Positions 1-11,200 of a stretch of DNA of 38,998 nucleotides are shown piece by piece (position 1 is the first letter of the stretch; each line of letters starts with the position of its first letter). Under the pieces are notes generated by a model. The model made no database searches. It worked only from the letters and a program-made list of their open reading frames with translations, and was not told where the DNA came from. This DNA comes from Hydrurus foetidus (taxonomy: Eukaryota): positions 1-38,998 of the forward strand of contig UYFQ01000274.1 of assembly GCA_900617105.1 (NCBI GenBank), written 5' to 3'. The position numbers were made by a program, and so were the translations under genes.

Positions 1-2445
1 AGGGACACCAGCGATGTGTGAGGGTTTTGCTTGAGACCGCTGCTTCAGTATTGGCTACCAACGATCTCGGCCAGACTCCGTATAAGCTAGCGAGACTGCG
101 GGGCCACCACCAAGTAGGCATGCTGCTCATGGATTACGAAGGTAAGCACTGTAGAACAGGACAGAATAGAGTAGAGTAGAGTAGAGTAGAGGAGGAAAGA
201 TCAGGAAAGGAGAGGAGGATGCAGGATAACGTTACACTACATAACACAATAGGGGAGAACAGGGTAGGACAGGAGAGAATGAAGTAGAGTATGACAAAAC
301 AGAACAGAACAGGAGAATACAACGTTTTTTTTGCCTTAACTGTTCCTTCTCACTTTTGCCATCTCGTTTGTATGATGTCTGCTTTTATGCAGTGGACGAT
401 GAACACTTATATATACACTCTTATGCGAGCATTAACATGAAGATCTCACGTTTTCAATGAAGTGAAGTGAGAAGCATTGTGTAGTACACAGTACATTTCA
501 GATCCAGGACACGGCACTGCAGTACTTTAAATCGACCTGCGAGACTTACACGTCAACTATTTTTCCGCAGAGAATTGCCGCCCTTCCTACATGAAGGCTG
601 GGTCGAGGGGAGTGGCCGCTGCGAGTTCGAATGGGCAGATCCACCCTAGCTCTCTTCATTCCCCCCATCGCTCCAACCAGTCATCCCGTAATCTGGGTCG
701 AAGCAGCCCCGATAAAGGATTATATTCTAATGTCAAACGCGATGGTCATCCTGACGGTGATGGTGATGGTGATCGATATTTCAATGAGGGTAGAGACGGC
801 AACGTCAACAGCAACAGCAACAGGAAGACCCTACAGAGCAGCAACAGCAGCCCCAGCATTGGACTTCGCGCTTTCAAGAGCTACGATACGTCTAGACCTG
901 TCGCAACAGCACGCACCCCCACCCGCTCCAACACTAGCACTCATGCTTCCAGTAACTTAGGTAACTTCGGATCACCGACAGCATGGGGCGTATCACCGCG
1001 CAAGCTGTATGAACCCCCCACACCGACAGTGCTGATTCGGTCCACCTCAGACGACACTCTGCTGCCCCGTCCCCACTCCATGGCGAACAGTCCTAACCTG
1101 TGTGCTAAGAGCGCTACACCGCAGAGATCCGCTCTGCACTCCAAGTACGAATCAAGTGCCCATAATAACACTGTCATCGCTGCTGGTGCTGGGAGCGCAC
1201 AAGGTGAGAGAGCGGGGGGAGGAGCGGTGAGAGTTAGAGAGGCGGGAAATGACCGGGAAAGGGGAGACAGAGAGGGAGTGAAAGCAGCTTCGAGGGAGAA
1301 TGAGTTCAACGCCGGTCCAAAGAGAAGGGTGTGGCTGGGAAACGCTGATGAAATCTCGAGGAACATTCTTAACAGAGAAAAGGAACGTGCGCAGTTCGCT
1401 CGTCCTAGACCAATAAGCAACAGTACGAATGATGTCATCTCAAATAGAGGGAATAGAGAGCGTGACTCTACCACTGCTGGGCATGGGCATGGGCATGGGC
1501 ATGGCGATGAAGTCCAGTATCGCAATCCGGACAACATACCTGCACACAGCTTATCTGTCAGTCAACAACCTAGCAGACATGCAGGATCAGGGTCAGAGGA
1601 GAGCAGCAGGTTCTATCGACACTATGAGGAGGAGAAGAAGGAAGGGGCATACTTTGCGTACGAGAACGAGGAGGAGAAGGAGGAGGTGAAAGAGGAAGGG
1701 CTGGAAGCGGAGGACGAGGCGGAGACCTTTTCTTTCGGCGGATTCACGTGGAGCATCTACACGACAGCAGAGGGCTACGACTACTACCTGTCCACCGTGA
1801 ACAACGCGGTGGTGCACTCCCAGTGGGAAGACCCCCGCATATCCGGATTAATCGCCCTGGAGCCTGAGGGCTGCACGGACTCTTCAGGGGGCGTTAGTAC
1901 GACACCCACTAAGATACGTTCTTCCGGTTCCTCTGATGTGAGGTCCCCAGGGAGATCGCCCCCTATGTCCCGACTGTCCCCCTCTAACGGCAAGACCAAG
2001 GGCAGAGCTTTCTTCCGAGATGGAGCCGACAGCGAGGACGAGTTCAAATCTAATATGAATCTAAACTTGAACATGTGTTTGAATGAGAAGCACCGAGAAG
2101 GACGTCACTCTACCGAAGGAGAGTCCCGCTCTGACTCAGACTCATCCATAAAGGTCACACTCACAAAGAAGAAGACAAGAAGAAGGAGGAGCAGTGAGGT
2201 AGGGAAACGTAAAAATAATAGTGCGCTCTCGCAAGGGGGGAAATTAGAGAATTAAGAGTCAGAGGGGATGGGGCTGAGACTGGACGCAGATGAATCGTCC
2301 CATCCCACATCACTGCATTTCCTAAGTGTTCAGCTTCAAGAGGGATTAGAAGACTTTCTAATCACCGTACTGTCTCCTCTGTTACTAGATAGAGAAGGGA
2401 AGGGAGGGTGTGCGGTCTTCTGCGAAAAGAAATAAGTGTGTCTGA
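1..2445 (+). CDS. Ankyrin-repeat + WW-domain protein, 5'-truncated by the window edge (exons <1-141, 571-2198, probable 2389-2445)
   Basis: Frame 3 of 1-141 reads GHQRCVRVLLETAASVLATNDLGQTPYKLARLRGHHQVGMLLMDYE, an ankyrin consensus. Donor G|GTAAG at 142 and acceptor TTTTCCGCAG at 570 join in frame to ORF 591-2255. That ORF contains the WW motif WSIYTTAEGYDYYL...SQWEDPR. The last exon (donor 2199, acceptor TAG 2388) is tentative. Confidence 0.8.
150..320. repeat. Degenerate purine-rich pentamer microsatellite (AGAGT/ACAGG/AGGAG) in intron
   Basis: Visible 5-bp periodicity, e.g. gtagagtagagtagagtaga, just after the splice donor. Confidence 0.8.
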
Positions 2446-3357
2446 AATATTGCAACCGACAGGCACCTTAGACGCGTAGCGTGACAATCATGGAACTTCC
2501 ATAGGATTAAATCTAGCAGCTCCAATATTTTCATTTTCTGCTCCTCGTGATATTGCAGGACAAGTGAGTTCTGTAACGTGCATGCTCGTTTCTAGTTTAT
2601 GGTCACATAGTATAGGAAAAACAGAAATACGCCTTCATTCATCTACGAATTTCTTTACCAGGACGCTCATGTACTTATATGGTTTCCGTAGTGGCATTCT
2701 TTATTTTGGTTTGGTTCTTAACCCATCTGTCCTTCTGTGTGATTACTTGATGTCTCCGCAGGCTTTTTCTCATCAACTTTTCTCATGTGACCGGGCATCT
2801 TTAATTTTATTTCGGCCATCTTCTGCGGATCATCAACTAATGCTGAAGCGCATCTTAATATTAAGATTCCGTTGGATGACGCTAACCACACTTTCTCATG
2901 ATCACGAGAATTTTCACTTGAATTGTCTTCTGTCTTACATGCGATAGCGTCCATACATTTCTCTTTCAAAATTCGCATCCTTGAAGAATTTGACTGGCTT
3001 TTAGTCGTAGCTGCATTTCTCTCGACAGACACGTTGATTTTCTGCTTCGCAGAAGAATTATGTAACGACTGCACAAGAGCTACATGACTAAAGGATATTC
3101 GTAATCCTGGGCGACTTCGCCGTCATCCAATAAAAGCTTGTTAATTCTCATTTGGAAGCGAAGTTGGCGATCATTCTTATCATAAAATTGAAAGTAAAAA
3201 CAGTCATGATTGACTTCATGTGATGCAGAATCAGTTTTCAGTCTCAACTCGGTAATTCTAGTGGATGCGACGTTTCGTAATCATGTTGAGCTCGCAATTT
3301 CACCGTTATACATATAACAATATGGCCAGTCGAGCAAAAAAACTGCCTGTGAGAAAC

Positions 3358-3743
3358 TTAACGCAGTGGTCCGAAAGCTTCACTTAGGAATTCTAGTTGT
3401 TGCCTGTTATTCTGAATAACGACAATTAAATCTTCGACCTGTAGCAATAAAAGAACGCGAGGTGTTTCCAATGTCATGGTATGAACGTCGATGTTATGAT
3501 ACGATAATGAGGTGAAGAATATTACAACTTCAAATCGCATGCGATAAGTCATACCTTGATTGTCTTCCTATTATGAGCTTGAGACACTTCATGTGCCTGT
3601 GCCACTATTTGATTCAGGAAATCCTCAGTCACCTTGGATACGGCAATGACCGCTTCGGCTGATACGTTCTGAACCTCGTCGCTGAGCTTCATGATTCTCT
3701 TCACCGATGCTTTCGGGAGGGCGAGAGATTTTTCAGCGGACAT
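3358..3743 (-). CDS. Small H2A-type histone-fold protein (NF-YC/CHRAC1/POLE4-like), ~89 aa, exons 3743-3555 and 3438-3358
   Basis: LPKASVKRIMKLSDEVQNVSAEAVIAVSKVTEDFL...RKTIK|VEDL...QLEFL matches the CBFD_NFYB_HMF histone-fold pattern. The GT-AG intron 3554-3439 restores the frame. Confidence 0.85.
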
Positions 3744-3996
3744 AGCAGTCGATGTTCGGAGATGACGTAGATTTTCAAGACCCCCTCAGTTACTTCGGAT
3801 GACAAGGTGAGGGGGGCTGCGACGAAATTTTTGTGTCTTTCTAATTGCTTCCAATCTGTCAAATAATGCGAATTGCTTGGGTGTTGGGTGACTGCGGTAC
3901 ATCTGGGGGATCTGGGCGACGCCGTTCCCCAGATTGCTTCCCAGATTTAAAAAAGCTCTAAAATTTCTGGGAATATAGGATCGACTGGGTGTGGTA

Positions 3997-4449
3997 ACGT
4001 ATAGATCGGATGCTTCATAATCGGATCTTCATAATTCGGTTGTTGGACACTGAGTGAGAATCGGTTGCCTTTATAATGCATTTTTCAACTTTATGAAGTC
4101 ATCCGATTATGAAGACGCAGATCATCACACTAGATCATCAGCAATGATTCCCCACCGCAAGATGGATATGAGGTCGTTCTTCAGTACCATGAAGAAGAAA
4201 CATCATCTAGCAAATTAGCTGTTCAAGATTACAGAGACGAAAAAATGAAGATTACAGAGACGAACGACCTTTATATGAAATTGTTAATGATGATGACAGT
4301 GACTTGTAATTCATGATGTTCCAGACGCTTTTCAATAACTTATTATAATTGATATCGACTTTTTGAAAGCCCTTGCTGTAAACCTGATAGGTTTATAATA
4401 AAACGTCAATTATGAAGACAACCGATTATGAAGCATCCGATCTATACGT
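3997..4449. mobile_element. Non-autonomous Tc1/mariner-superfamily (pogo/Fot1-like) MITE, 453 bp
   Basis: Perfect 28-bp terminal inverted repeats ACGTATAGATCGGATGCTTCATAATCGG (3997-4024 / 4422-4449), flanked by TA on both sides (3995-96, 4450-51). Subterminal copies of TCTTCATAAT/ATTATGAAG are present. No transposase ORF. Confidence 0.85.
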
Positions 4450-4470
4450 TAAGCGGTGACATAATGAATA

Positions 4471-5258
4471 CCAGTGGGGGACATAACTGTCGCCAGGGCA
4501 TAACTGTCGCCGCTACCATCTAAAAGAATGTTAATTCATCTATTACACATCGGTCTACGTATTCGATGAGTGTTCATGAAACTAGAGAATATTCTGCACA
4601 TGACAGTCACAACAGAAATACAAAATATTTCTTTTTTGGTGATGATAATAATTCCGAGAAAAAGTGCATTTTTTTGTCGCAAAATTTGGAAGGTCCAGGA
4701 TCCACACAGTGACAAAGTATTTAGTCCCCCTAATTTTGATATCGATAAAGTAGCTATGCATCAACATCCATGAATTTTTTCAAGGTCTATCGAGTTGTTC
4801 TTAGCCACCAATTCTTTCACTGAGTAGCATTTTTGAGGCCAATAATCCGTACATTTTCAAGTTTTCTCTGCGAACGTACGGTGGAAATGTAGCCAAAATT
4901 AGCTTTCCATCGCTAAAATTGTAGCTAAGAACAACTCGATAGACCTTGAAAAAATTCATGGATGTTGATGCATAGCTACTTTATCGATATCAAAATTAGG
5001 GGGACTAAATACTTTGTCACTGTGTGGATCCTGGACCTTCCAAATTATGCGACAAAAAAAGACACTTTTTCCCGGAATTATTATCATCACCAAAAAAGAA
5101 ATATTTTGTATTTCTGTTGTGACTGTCATGTGCAGAATATTCTCTAGTTTCATGAACACTCATCAAATACGTAGACCGATGTTTAATAGATGAATTAACA
5201 TTCTTTTAGATGGTAGCGGCGACAGTTATGCCCCGGCGACAGTTATGTCCCCCACTGG
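4471..5258. mobile_element. Foldback-type non-autonomous DNA transposon with ~335-bp TIRs
   Basis: 4471-~4805 is a near-perfect inverted copy of ~4924-5258 (ends CCAGTGGGGGACATAACTGTCGCC), with a ~118-bp spacer. The direct repeat ATAATGAA flanks it at 4461-4468 and 5260-5267 (candidate TSD). The mirrored short ORFs in the ORF track reflect the palindrome. Confidence 0.85.
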
Positions 5259-5393
5259 AATAATGAACGCAACGTAAGTCTCAAAAGAATTACCTACCCT
5301 ACGGTATTGGGAATTGAAAATGTGTCAGACAGTAGAAAACAGTTCAGATTACTGAACAGGTCTTAAAACTGGAGCAACTATTGTACTAGGATC

Positions 5394-7024
5394 ATGGACG
5401 AAGACGATAACTTTGATTTTTACTATGACGAAACGGATGACATGTTTGATAAGTCCACCGATGATCTTCCTCCAAAATTTCAGCGCAAACGTATATGTCA
5501 GAAAAGTCCCATCATGGTAGGCGGAAACATTTCTCGGTTGGAGAGTTTGATGATTGAAGTTTTTCTCGCTAATATTCTTCCTTTTATCTGCGAGAAAAAG
5601 CATCTATCGACTCTTGCTGTGGTATCGAAGCACTTCATGAAAATCGTATTCTCTGATGAGGCTGAACAGCTTTGGAATCAGAGCAGAGAACCTTTTCAAT
5701 TTTGCATTGATACCTATTGCCCAATATGTCTTATAAAGAAGCGGCAACAGAAGGGCAGCATGAACGGTGTGCTGAGACTTCTCGAAAAATGTCCTATTTA
5801 TAATCTGAACCTTCATTGTTTCATAACTGATATTCCAAGTAAGTTTCGATGCCTACAAATTCTTTACCCCAATGCAGTCGACTGAATTGTCAACTCAATA
5901 TCTTCGCAATATCTTCACTTAGGATGTTTGATAGCACTATCAAAAACTAGAACACTGAAGGGACTGGATTTAACGTTATCAAACAAGTCCAATAGCCCCC
6001 CCTTAGAAGACCTATTTTCAATGTCCAACTTTTACACCTCGCCTGCAGAGAAAATACTTCCTGGCTCGTTGGAGTTTCCTTTGCTGAAGGAGCTTACTTT
6101 AGATTCATCTCACTTGCAACACGTGAACCTCCCAGGGAGAGCGCGTCTTCTAGACATATTAGGGGTAAATCTAGAGAGTTTATCTTTTTCCGGCTTATCA
6201 CCTTCAGGCGCATTCAGTATATTGTCTTCGAGGTGTCCCAAACTGCTGAAGCTACGCGTAGACCGAGTCTGTGCTGCGCAGGACATATTGAGCTACAGCA
6301 ATCCAGATTTAGAGGAGCTGGACTTGAGGCGTGCTGGCTTCCTCCTTTACCCAGGTTGCTACCCACTTAGAGCACTAGTTACTATTGATCATCTACTTGA
6401 GCAGATGTTATTCATGATGTCACTCCGCTAACATCGTTCTTCCCTCCCCTTGACGAAGGTTGCTTGGGCAGCTTCCCCTCTTTGAAGAGCGTGAAGTACA
6501 CACCTTCCTTCCGATGTGACTCAGCGCAAATAGAGGGGCTCATCAATGCCCTGCCGGCCGCTCTGATCCACCTGTCATTAGAAGCTCCTTCGCAGACAGG
6601 GGATACGGTGCTAGATGCTATCAGCAAGAGGATGTACATTCTGCAGTCCCTGAGCATCCAGGGATCACACGAGCTCGGTACACTCTCCGCAGATGCCTTG
6701 TTGCAACTCGGTAGGAAGTGCTTGTTCCTACAGTCCCTCGAAGTTTCAAGTGCGAAGTCTGTGTCTGACCTGGTGTTCGACAGCCCAGCATTTATGATGC
6801 TAGCGTCCTTTCCTTCGTTGAAGAAGATTAGAATCAAATACGATGCTGTCACTATCAAACTGTTACCTGGGTTGCTTAAGCAGTCCGACTCACTTCGTGA
6901 AGTGGTGTTGTGGGAGAGGAAGAGGTGGATACGGCCAACAGAATGGGTGGCTATGGATGCGGTAGTGGACTCAATCAACAAGCAGTTCCTGTCCTGCACC
7001 GTTGAGCTGGAGCCCACGCTGTAG
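5394..7024 (+). CDS. F-box/leucine-rich-repeat protein (exons 5394-5838, 5923-6354, 6459-7024)
   Basis: F-box-like LESLMIEVFLANILPFI...LSTLAVVSKHFMKIV...LW is followed by LxxLxL repeats (LKGLDL, LKELTL, LESLSF, CPKLLKLRV, LEELDL, LQSLSI). Two GT-AG introns join three ORFs in phase. Confidence 0.8.
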
Positions 7025-8219
7025 ACAAGAGGAGACAGATGACAAACCACTCAACCTGCCGCACCTTTACTTCTCAATATGTTGCCCACGATGCAAAACT
7101 TACTACGCAGCATACTTTTCGGTATTTTTCAATGCGATCCCCTCCACCGATTCACTAACCACTCTCTCACACACTAGGCAACACTTCACGAACAGCCTAC
7201 GACAGTATTGGACATGTGCTCGACCATTCCAGCGACATGATTTTCTTTATTTCAGTAGACGCTCTCACATTTCCCGAGGTGGTCTGCGGCCAGCCACCTT
7301 TCTTTGTATTCAGATAGTAACCCGCTTCGACTCGTGCTCTCTAATGTTTATTCTGTGGAAAATTTGTTTATGTACGTACATTCGCACTGTCAGCCTTGGT
7401 GCGCCCAGTATTCCTTACATGATCTTAATTCACGACACCACGAGATATTACTCTTAATAGATATTTTGTTACTATTCTGTAATACACTGTCAATCTTAGT
7501 CGACTCGTGCACTCTCCCGAGGTGGAGCGTATTCTCTTTTGTGCCTCTCAGCAGACAATCTGGAGCTGCTGTGATGTTCATTACGAATGTGAAAGACAAT
7601 GAGACGAAGGACTTTAGTTGTATACAGTGAAATAAATAAAATGATAGTGAAGTTGGGGGCATTTAGAAAATGCTTGCGGGCTACGAATAGTCACATTTGC
7701 CCAGGGTATTGCCGGTCACCGAGACACGAAAGAAACGGACTTTACGTCAAGGAAATGAATCAATGCACTGCAACTGCACGGGCTCGTCCAGCGGACATGA
7801 ACAACTTGCGAACAAAGCAATGAGTGAACCAAATCATGAATTCTAGGCTAGCGTGAATAAACTGCGTCAGGTGCATCACCGGCGCGAGGTCAACAGGCGG
7901 ATTGTTGTGAGACTATGAAATGAAGAAAGAACAAAAGATGATAGAAAGTGGAAATCGTTGCGGACAAATAGAATTTCTAAGACGTAGTATTGAAAAGTTC
8001 TGGAGCCGCTGTAGGACATTAATTTCAGACGATATGTGTCTTCTGATATTTTGATGAGTGTTCATGGCCATTCAGCCATGGGGCATCGCTTCGTTGATGA
8101 GTGTGACGATTATTGGCCACTTGAGATGGTGTGGAGTGGGGTTCTATCATGGTTAGCCAGAGACATCTCTCTATCTCTGCCTAGCCTAGCCGTGCGAACG
8201 GGCATTGGATAGCATATGC

Positions 8220-11200
8220 TTAGAGCACGGCACTAGTTGCCTTCGCAGTCGGAGGGCCGGTGGGTGCTCTTGATGGAACTACTGTGGGTCCGTATGTTGG
8301 TCTCTTCGAAGGAAACGCGGTAGGTACTTTTGTCGGTTTCCACGATGGATTAAACGTAGGTACAGGTGACGGGGCGGTTGTGGGGCTGACTGATGGCTTG
8401 AATGTTGGAGAAGCAGTTGGAATTTTTGTTGGTTTACTGGTAGGCGGTAAGGTTGGTTCACGAGATGGTACTGCACTTGGTTCTCCTGTGGGACGACGCG
8501 TCGGAGTCATAGTTGGCCCTTTGGTTGGTTTGGCAGACGGCTCAAAGGTTGGCGTCTTCGAAGGTGAGTCAGTCGGCTCTGCAGATGGTTTCAATGTCGG
8601 TGAAGGCGTTGGCACCTTGCTTGGTTTCATCGATGGTTCACAAGTAGGTGCGCGCGTTGGAGAATCAGTGGGAGTGGAGGTCGGCTTTCTCGTTGGAGTT
8701 GCGGTAGGCATTTTAGTCGGGCGAGTAGACGGATCAAAGGTGGGGATGCGTGATGGGAATGGCGTAGGCTCTCCTGAGGGGCGTCTCGTGGGAGTTGATG
8801 TTGGGTTCTTTGATGGTGCTGGTGAGGGGCTCGAGGTAGGTGCCTTAGTGGGTGTGGCTGTTGGTGGTGGGTGAGTAGGCATCATTGTCGGCATAAATGT
8901 TGGTGCCTCGCTTGGCTCCGCTGTCGGCTGGGCTGTTGGTGCTTGACTTGGCTCCAACGTTGGCTGGGCTGTTGGTGCTTGGCTTGGCTCAGCTGTTGGT
9001 GCTTGGCTTGGCTCAGCTGTTGGCTCGGCTGTTGGCGCGTGGCTTGGCTCGGCTGTTGGCTCGTATGATGGTGCGTGGCTTGGCTCGGCTGTTGGCTCGT
9101 ATGATGGCGCGTGGCTTGGCTCGGCTGTTGGCTCGTATGATGGTGCTTGGCTTGGCTCGGCTGTTGGCGCGTATGATGGTGCTTGGCTTGGCTCGGCTGT
9201 TGGCTCGGCTGTTGGTGCGTGGCTTGGCTCGGCTGTTGGCTCGTATGATGGCGGGTGGCTTGTGGCTTGGCTCGGCTGTTGGCTCGAATGATGGTACTTG
9301 GCTTGGCTCAGCTGTTGGCTCGTATGATGGCGCGTGGCTTGGCTCGGCTGTTGGCTCGTATGATGGTGCTTGGCTTGGCTCGGCTGTTGGCGCGTATGAT
9401 GGTACTTGGCTTGGCTCGGCTGTTGGCTCGTCTGTTGGTGCGTGGCTTGGCTCGGCTGTTGGCTCGTATGATGGCGGGTGGCTTGGCTCGGCTGTTGGCT
9501 CGTGGCTTGGCTCAGCTGTTGGCTCGTATGATGGTACTTGGCTTGGCTCGGCTGTTGGCTCGTATGATGGTACGTGGCTTGGCTCGGCTGTTGGCTCGTA
9601 TGATGGTACTTGGCTTGGCTCAGCTGTTGGCTCGTATGATGGTACTTGGCTTGGCTCGGCTGTTGGTGCGTGGCTTGGCTCGGCTGTTGGCTCGTATGAT
9701 GGTACTTGGCTTGGCTCAGCTGTTGGCTCGTATGATGGTACTTGGCTTGGCTCGGCTGTTGGCTCGTATGACGGTGCGTGGCTTGGCTCAGCTGTTGGCT
9801 CGTATGATGGCGCGTGGCTTGGCTCGGCTGTTGGCTCGTATGATGGTACTTGGCTTGGCTCAGCTGTTGGCGCGTATGATGGTACTTGGCTTGGCTCGGC
9901 TGTTGGTGCGTGGCTTGGCTCGGCTGTTGGCTCGTATGATGGTACTTGGCTTGGCTCGGCTGTTGGTGCGTGGCTTGGCTCGGCTGTTGGCTCGTATGAT
10001 GGTGCGTGGCTTGGCTCGGCTGTTGGCTCGTATGATGGTACTTGGCTTGGCTCGGCTGTTGGCTCGTATGATGGTACTTGGCTTGGCTCGGCTGTTGGCT
10101 CGGCTGTTGGTGCGTGGCTTGGCTCGGCTGTTGGCTCGTATGATGGTGCGTGGCTTGGCTCAGCTGTTGGCTCGTATGATGGCGCGTGGCTTGGCTCAGC
10201 TGTTGGCTCGTATGATGGTGCGTGGCTTGGCTCGGCTGTTGGCTCGTATGATGGTGCGTGGCTTGGCTCGGCTGTTGGCTCGGCTGTTGGCTCGTATGAT
10301 GGTACTTGGCTTGGCTCCGCTGTTGGCGCGTATGATGGTGCGTGGCTTGGCTCGGCTGTTGGTGCGTGGCTTGGCTCGGCTGTTGGCTCGTATGATGGTA
10401 CTTGGCTTGGCTCAGCTGTTGGCTCGTATGATGGTACTTGGCTTGGCTCTGCTGTTGGCTCGTATGACGGTGCGTGGCTTGGCTCAGCTGTTGGCTCGTA
10501 TGATGGCGCGTGGCTTGGCTCGGCTGTTGGCTCGTATGATGGTACTTGGCTTGGCTCAGCTGTTGGCTCGTATGATGGTACTGGGCTCAGCTGGCTCGGC
10601 TGTTGGTGCGTGGCTTGGCTCGGCTGTTGGCTCGTATGATGGTACTTGGCTTGGCTCGGCTGTTGGCTCGTATGATGGTGCGTGGCTTGGCTCGGCTGTT
10701 GGCTCGTATGATGGTGCGTGGCTTGGCTCGGCTGTTGGCTCGTATGATGGTACTTGGCTTGGCTCGGCTGTTGGCGCGTATGATGGTACTTGGCTTGGCT
10801 CGGCTGTTGGCTCGGCTGTTGGTGCGTGGCTTGGCTCGGCTGTTGGCTCGTATGATGGTGCGTGGCTTGGCTCAGCTGTTGGCTCGTATGATGGCGCGTG
10901 GCTTGGCTCAGCTGTTGGCTTGTATGATGGTGCGTGGCTTGGCTCGGCTGTTGGCTCGTATGATGGTGCGTGGCTTGGCTCGGCTGTTGGCTCGTATGAT
11001 GGTGCGTGGCTTGGCTCAGCTGTTGGCTCGTATGATGGTGCGTGGCTTGGCTCGCTGTTGGCTCGTATGATGGTGCGTGGCTTGGCTCGGCTGTTGGCTC
11101 GTATGATGGTACTTGGCTTGGCTCAGCTGTTGGCTCGTATGATGGTACTTGGCTTGGCTCAGCTGTTGGCTCGTATGATGGTGCGTGGCTTGGCTCAGCT

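Noticed and set aside
2564..3074. Overlapping 127-aa (+) and 118-aa (-) ORFs
   Set aside because: Both have non-ATG starts and no motifs, and they lie between convergent gene ends. Probably UTR or intergenic, though a small exon cannot be excluded.
4570..5159. Four 61-67 aa ORFs in mirrored pairs
   Set aside because: They are by-products of the foldback element's inverted arms and have no recognisable motifs.
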